From: Desulfobacterales bacterium
GTDB lineage: Bacteria; Desulfobacterota; Desulfobacteria; Desulfobacterales; UBA5852
NCBI GenBank assembly: GCA_050124295.1
Contig: JASFFM010000002.1
Span: 1 to 39,709, forward strand
Direction of reading: 5' to 3'
Length of the DNA stretch: 39,709 bases
This document shows, piece by piece, positions 36,301 to 39,709 of the stretch. The first letter of the stretch is position 1. The number at the start of each line of letters is the position of its first letter. The translations under genes and the position numbers were made by a program. The notes under the pieces were generated by a model. The model saw only the letters and a program-made list of their open reading frames with translations, did not search any database and was not told where the DNA came from.

Positions 36301-36404
36301 CCAAGGCGTTTCAGGTGAACAATTTTACGGATGAACAAATTCATGCCATGGTCGATGCGGCCACGGAAGATGTGTTCGAAAAGGCGGAAATAAACAACCA
36401 ATAA
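33354..36404 (+). CDS. hdrA: Large HdrA-like FAD/FeS oxidoreductase (1016 aa, two dinucleotide-binding sites, several 4Fe-4S motifs)
   Basis: VLIAGGGIGGMQAALDLA...FPTGDCSMCMISPK, CTGCGACEKKCP, VFVCHCGINIS, a second IIGGGVAGMTSAIALA, and a C-terminal CMSCLACVRVCP...CTGCGICAGICP. It overlaps the hdrB stop by 20 nt. Confidence 0.9.
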   Translation: MKKKGNSTKRGSVLIAGGGIGGMQAALDLADSGFKVHMVQKDPSIGGTMSMLDKTFPTGDCSMCMISPKMVEVGRHPNIVLHTLAEVTGVDGEPGDFTVTVHEQPRYVDAEKCTGCGACEKKCPKLVVSEFEQGLSKRKAIYSLLPQAVPNTRVIDPVNCLYLQRGRCKACVKFCDAEAINFDDTAKDYQLQVGAIILSPGADRYNPQIRPELGFGRWPNVVTSLQFERILSASGPFAGEIKRPSDERHPRKVAWIQCVGSRDPHNANPWCSSVCCMYATKQAVIAKEHDSSIQPTVFYMEMRAFGKDFDKYVDRAQTQYGVVYRRTMISDVKEDPDTGSLILRYAAEDGTLIDEVFDMVVLSIGFQPHADAAQFAQTFGIEPNTHGFAQTSAFGPVETTRPGVYVTGIYQGPKDIPETVAQGSAVAGRSMALLGEARGTEITVQELPEEKAVAGEDPRIGVFVCHCGINISQTVDVKGLAEEMRTVPNVTYSDDLMYACAPDGQEKIKELIDEHKLNRVIVASCTPRTHAPLFQDTIREVGLNKYLFELADIREQCSWCHMGQKEIATRKATEIVKMNVAKARHLQPVETDSVPVTPAAMIIGGGVAGMTSAIALADQGFDIHLVEKNDRLGGLAENVYRTLDGSDVQAFVKEKIAVVEKHPRINVHLGTEVATTGGFVGGFKTTLADGEKFDHGAIVVASGGTEYEPQEYGYQDSDRVITQRELEKQIAEGLDPGRKHYLMIQCVGSREEPLNYCSRVCCQDAIKNAIAIKEKSPAAQVTILYRDIRTYGLREDYYQKAREMGVLFVRFEPENKPQVDASSERITVSAFDYVMNQDIRLFPDVVVLSTGLRPHPSTEKIGKQYKLTRNPDGFFLEAHVKLRPVDFPSEGFYVAGLAHAPKNLDETISQALAAAGRAGVLLSHDRLSVSGIISKHNRDICMSCLACVRVCPFGSPFIDEDGKVSHNEVICTGCGICAGICPAKAFQVNNFTDEQIHAMVDAATEDVFEKAEINNQ

Positions 36405-36430
36405 TCACACCCACAGGGAGAACGATCACC

Positions 36431-36931
36431 ATGACCGTACAAGCGCAAGCGGCCGCTACGGAGGAAACCTCCGCCATTGAGCCCCTGAGGGAGATCCCGA
36501 CGGATTGGGACCCCAGCATTCTCGCGTTTGCCTGCCATTACTGTGCCTTTGCCGCAGCCGATCTGGCCGGCGTCATGCGGTTGTCCTATGCCCACAATGT
36601 CAAAATCATCCGCATGCCCTGTACGGGGAAGCTGGACCACAGCTATGTGCTGCGTGCATTTGAAAGGGGGGTGGACGGCTTGTTCGTCGCCGGGTGACTG
36701 GAGGGCCAATGCCATTTCCTGGAAGGAAATATAAACGCCGCCAAGCGTGTCAACTATCTAAAAACCGTTCTCCCCAAAGTCGGCATCGATCCCGAACGAC
36801 TGGCCATGTATAATCTATCGGCCGCCATGGGACCGAGATGGGCGGAGATCTGCAACGAATTCACGGAAAGGATCCGACAACTCGGTCCTTCTCCCATACG
36901 ACTTGCTATTCAGGCGCAGGAAAGGAGATAA
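36431..36931 (+). CDS. mvhD: MvhD-like (methyl-viologen-reducing hydrogenase delta subunit family) protein with in-frame UGA read as selenocysteine
   Basis: The track ORF stops at TGA 36695-36697, but the frame continues VAG-U-LEGQCHFLEGN...PERLAMYNLSAAMGPRW...LGP to TAA 36929-36931. The UGA sits exactly where MvhD has the first Cys of GC.xGDCHY..GN. The next gene starts 6 nt after this TAA. Confidence 0.8.
36714..36730 (+). promoter_or_regulatory. Candidate SECIS hairpin
   Basis: AUUUCC-UGGAA-GGAAAU: a 6-bp stem and 5-nt loop with G in the loop. The loop starts 22 nt after the UGA, inside the usual bacterial window. Short and AU-rich, so tentative. Confidence 0.35.
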
Positions 36932-36936
36932 CAGCT

Positions 36937-37608
36937 ATGATCGTGGGCGAACAGAAACCCCTTGAAGAGCTTTGGGAGACCATCAAAGATCATAAAAAGG
37001 TCCTGGTGTTCGGCTGCAACACCTGCGTCGCCGTTTGTCAGCAGGGGGGCAACAAGGAAGCCGAAATACTGGCCTCTCTGTTGCGAATGAAGGCCACCCA
37101 GGAGGGCGTCGAGATGGAAATTCAGGATTCCGGCATCGAGCGCCAGTGTGAAGGCGAATTCTTCGAAAGCGCTGAAGAGCGCGTTAAGTGGGCGGATGCC
37201 GTGTTGAGCACGGCCTGTGGCATCGGCGTGCAGTTCATGGCCGAAAAATACGCCAAACCGGTCTACCCGGGCCTGAACACCACCTTTCTGGGAGCCGTCG
37301 AAGAATTGGGCGTCTACGTGGAGCGTTGCCAGGCCTGCGGCCAGTGTGTTTTGGCCCAGACCGGCGGCATCTGCCCCATTGCCCGCTGTGCCAAACGGGT
37401 CATGAACGGGCCCTGCGGCGGCTCCACCAATGGCAAATGCGAAATCAGCAAAGATGTCGACTGCGCCTGGCAGCTCATCGTGGACCGGCTGAAGCTGCTG
37501 GGAAAAATGGACGACTACGAAAAACTTACCCCCATCAAGGACTGGTCTTCCGATCGCGCCGGAGGCCCCCGCAAACTGGTCAGGGAGGATGTGCAGCATG
37601 ACAGCTAA
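36937..37608 (+). CDS. metV: MetV (methylene-THF reductase C-terminal-domain, zinc-ribbon-like FeS protein)
   Basis: CQACGQCVLAQTGGICPIARCAKRVMNGPCGGSTNGKCEISKDVDCAW matches the MTHFR_C signature. Start moved to ATG 36937 (AAAGGAGA 8 nt upstream) from track ORF 36838. Confidence 0.8.
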   Translation: MIVGEQKPLEELWETIKDHKKVLVFGCNTCVAVCQQGGNKEAEILASLLRMKATQEGVEMEIQDSGIERQCEGEFFESAEERVKWADAVLSTACGIGVQFMAEKYAKPVYPGLNTTFLGAVEELGVYVERCQACGQCVLAQTGGICPIARCAKRVMNGPCGGSTNGKCEISKDVDCAWQLIVDRLKLLGKMDDYEKLTPIKDWSSDRAGGPRKLVREDVQHDS

Positions 37609-38527
37609 GACATCGAGCAAACTGGAAAAGATCCTGGCTGCGGGTCATCTTGCCGTTACTTCCGAGTGCGGCCCTCCCCGCGGCAGCGATCCCACGGAAA
37701 TTGTTGAAAAAGCTGAGATCATCAAGGACCACGTGGACGCTATCAATATCACCGACAACCAGACCTCGGTCTGCCGCACCTGTTCCCTGGCGGTTTGCAT
37801 CCGCCTCAAGACCATGGGGCTGGAGCCGGTGCTGCAGATGGTGACCCGCGACCGCAACCGCATTGCCCTGCAGAGTGACATCCTGGGGGCGGCCCACTGG
37901 GACATCAACAATATCCTCTGCCTTTCGGGCGACCACCAGAGTTTCGGTGACAGCAGCAAGGGGCAGAACGTACACGACCTGGACTCCATGCAGTTGCTGC
38001 AGACCGTGCGCCGCATGTGCGACGAAGGCAAATTCCTGGGCGGTGACGACATCAAGCGCCCGCCCCAGATGTTTGCCGGGGCGGCGGCCAATCCCTTCGC
38101 CGATCCCTTTGAAATCCGGGTGCCCCGCCTGGCCAAAAAAATCGAAGCCGGGGCGCAATTCATCCAGACCCAGTGTATTTACAACCTCGACAAGTTCGAG
38201 GAGTGGATGAAGGGGGTCCGCGACCGGGGTCTGCACGAAAAGACCGCCATTATGGCGGGGCTGACCCCGATGAAATCCGCCGGTATGGCACGCTATATGA
38301 AAAACCGCGTGCCCGGAATGGATGTGCCCGACGAGGTCGTCAAACGCCTGGCCGACACGCCCAAGGAGAAACAGGCCGAAGAAGGCATCAAGATGTGCAT
38401 CGAATCGATACAGCGCCTGAAGGAAGTGGAGGGCGTGAAGGGTTTTCACATCATGGCCATCGAATGGGAAGAAAAAGTTCCGGGCATCGTTGAAGCAGCC
38501 GGACTTTACCCCAGGCCTGAAGTGTAG
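37598..38527 (+). CDS. metF: Methylenetetrahydrofolate reductase
   Basis: LAVTSECGPPRG, INITDNQ, GAQFIQTQ and HIMAI are typical MetF landmarks. The start at 37598 has AGGGAGGA 8 nt upstream and overlaps metV by 11 nt. Confidence 0.9.
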   Translation: MTAKTSSKLEKILAAGHLAVTSECGPPRGSDPTEIVEKAEIIKDHVDAINITDNQTSVCRTCSLAVCIRLKTMGLEPVLQMVTRDRNRIALQSDILGAAHWDINNILCLSGDHQSFGDSSKGQNVHDLDSMQLLQTVRRMCDEGKFLGGDDIKRPPQMFAGAAANPFADPFEIRVPRLAKKIEAGAQFIQTQCIYNLDKFEEWMKGVRDRGLHEKTAIMAGLTPMKSAGMARYMKNRVPGMDVPDEVVKRLADTPKEKQAEEGIKMCIESIQRLKEVEGVKGFHIMAIEWEEKVPGIVEAAGLYPRPEV

Positions 38528-38535
38528 GAGGCAAC

Positions 38536-39642
38536 ATGAAGACCTTTGAAAACCTGATTGAAGAAGTCCAAAAGTCTGGACTTTGTCATCATTGCGGTGG
38601 CTGCGTGACCTTTTGCACCTCGATCAACTACGGAGCGCTGGAACTCAGTGAAGAAGGGGTTCCGCGCTTCGCCGACCGGGAGAAATGTATCGAGTGCGGT
38701 CTGTGCTACAGCATTTGTCCGGAAATCGACGAACTCCAGGAGGAGACCCGTAATGTCGCCGGCTGGGAGCCGCCCATGGGGCATGTCCTGGATACCACCG
38801 TGGCCCGGGCTATCAGCCCCGATATCCGCTCAAAGGCCACGGATGGCGGTGTCGTCACGGCGCTGCTGGTGCACCTGTTCGACCGGGGGCATATTGACGG
38901 GGCCATCGTCACCCGCCAGAGCGGACCCTTCGAGCGGGATCCCTGGCTGGCCACATCGCGCCAGGAAATCATCGAGGCGGCGGGTTTTTACCTGGACAGC
39001 TCCCACGGCATGAAGCATTTCGGACACGACTACTCCACTTACGCGCCCTCGGTGCAAGAGTTCCGGCCCATGGTGCAAAAGGGGCTGCGCCGGGTGGCTA
39101 TGGTGGGAACCCCATGCCAGATCAAGGCCCTGCGTAAAATGGAAGCCTTGGGGGTGGTCCCCTCGGATTCAATCCGCTATTGCCTGGGGCTGTTTTGCTC
39201 GGGCAATTTTCTCTTCGATGCCAAAGAAAAAAATGAGCTGGAAAAAATTGGCGGGTTCAAGTGGGACGACGTGAGCAAAATCAATCTGCGCAGCCACTTG
39301 ATGGTCAAGCTCAACACCGGCGAAAAGAAGATGATTCCGTTGGAGAAACTGGAATTCATGAAACGCTACGCCTGTCACTATTGCCCCGATTACTCCTCGG
39401 AATATGCCGACATTTCTTTTGGCGGCCTGGGAGCGGAAGAGGGCTGGACGACGGTCATCACCCGCTCGCCCGTCGGTCGTGCCATCATGGCGGACGCCAA
39501 GGACAAGACCATCGAAATCCACGACTTTGAAACCGCCGACAAACCGGCCAAAATATTCAGCACCATCAAGGCGGCCTCGGATCGCAAAAAGGCCTATTCC
39601 AAGCAGATGCACGACAAGCTGGTGAAAGGCCAGTCGGCCTAA
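38536..39642 (+). CDS. FrhB/FdhB-family (coenzyme F420 hydrogenase/dehydrogenase beta-like) flavo-FeS protein with N-terminal 2x[4Fe-4S]
   Basis: CHHCGGCVTFC and CIECGLCYSICPE, followed by DGGVVTALL...MVGTPCQIKALRK...CHYCPDYSSEYADISFGG. Confidence 0.8.
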   Translation: MKTFENLIEEVQKSGLCHHCGGCVTFCTSINYGALELSEEGVPRFADREKCIECGLCYSICPEIDELQEETRNVAGWEPPMGHVLDTTVARAISPDIRSKATDGGVVTALLVHLFDRGHIDGAIVTRQSGPFERDPWLATSRQEIIEAAGFYLDSSHGMKHFGHDYSTYAPSVQEFRPMVQKGLRRVAMVGTPCQIKALRKMEALGVVPSDSIRYCLGLFCSGNFLFDAKEKNELEKIGGFKWDDVSKINLRSHLMVKLNTGEKKMIPLEKLEFMKRYACHYCPDYSSEYADISFGGLGAEEGWTTVITRSPVGRAIMADAKDKTIEIHDFETADKPAKIFSTIKAASDRKKAYSKQMHDKLVKGQSA

Positions 39643-39664
39643 GCCGTACCACAAAGCCCCCCAA

Positions 39665-39708
39665 CCAAAGCAGGCCCAGAGGGAAGTTTTTCCATGGGCC
39701 CGCTTTGG
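39665..39708 (+). terminator. GC-rich hairpin after the frhB-like gene (possible terminator; downstream tract is outside the window)
   Basis: CCAAAGCAGGCCCA (39665-39678) pairs with TGGGCCCGCTTTGG (39695-39708) at 13 of 14 positions around a 16-nt loop. Confidence 0.4.
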
Positions 39709-39709
39709 A

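Noticed and set aside
1-39709. I looked for CRISPR arrays, tandem direct repeats with spacers, rRNA/tRNA genes and intact transposase or integrase genes.
   Set aside because: I saw no regularly spaced short repeats, no rRNA-like conserved stretches, no foldable tRNA and no transposase-like ORFs. The only repeat families found are the ~250-nt element pair, the REC-module triplication and the paralogous gene pairs reported above.

Overview
Bacterial chromosomal window. The gene content (hdrCBA-mvhD-metVF cluster, an in-frame UGA at a conserved Cys of MvhD, dense REC/histidine-kinase/NtrC-type signalling, sigma-54-type promoters, a PEP-CTERM tail, dodecin, flavodoxin) suggests an anaerobic deltaproteobacterium-like organism of the Desulfobacterales type; this is inference only.

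Layout:
- 1-4.4 kb: two paralogous tandem-USP-like genes flanking exported or lipoprotein genes.
- 4.5-8.3 kb (minus strand): five-gene operon in the order RR, Cache-HK, RR, degenerate HisKA protein, RR.
- 8.4-12.4 kb (plus strand): TauE/SafE permease, a small membrane protein, a double-REC protein, and an NtrC-like protein whose GAFTGA, Walker B and R-finger motifs are degenerate.
- 12.4-21.2 kb: AT-richer accessory-looking stretch. It holds a zinc-ribbon / class III cyclase / STAND NTPase / TPR giant gene interrupted by a frameshift in an A9 run, and a B12-binding radical SAM gene. These two genes are bracketed by two diverged, same-orientation ~250-nt non-coding elements that share exact sequence blocks and hairpins. 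Dodecin, an ABM-like gene and a small ORF follow.
- 21.2-31.4 kb (GC-rich): HDAC-family gene, alpha/beta-hydrolase plus HAMP-PP2C phosphatase behind a consensus sigma-54 promoter, a MOT1-family transporter, a PAS-LuxR regulator, flavodoxin, a decayed PP2C paralogue, a PEP-CTERM fragment and a secreted protein.
- 31.6-39.7 kb: sigma-54-type promoter followed by hdrC-hdrB-hdrA(1016 aa)-mvhD(Sec)-metV-metF-frhB-like.

I found no rRNA, intact tRNA, CRISPR array or intact transposase. Many long ORFs in the track inside the GC-rich half are antisense or alternative-frame artefacts.
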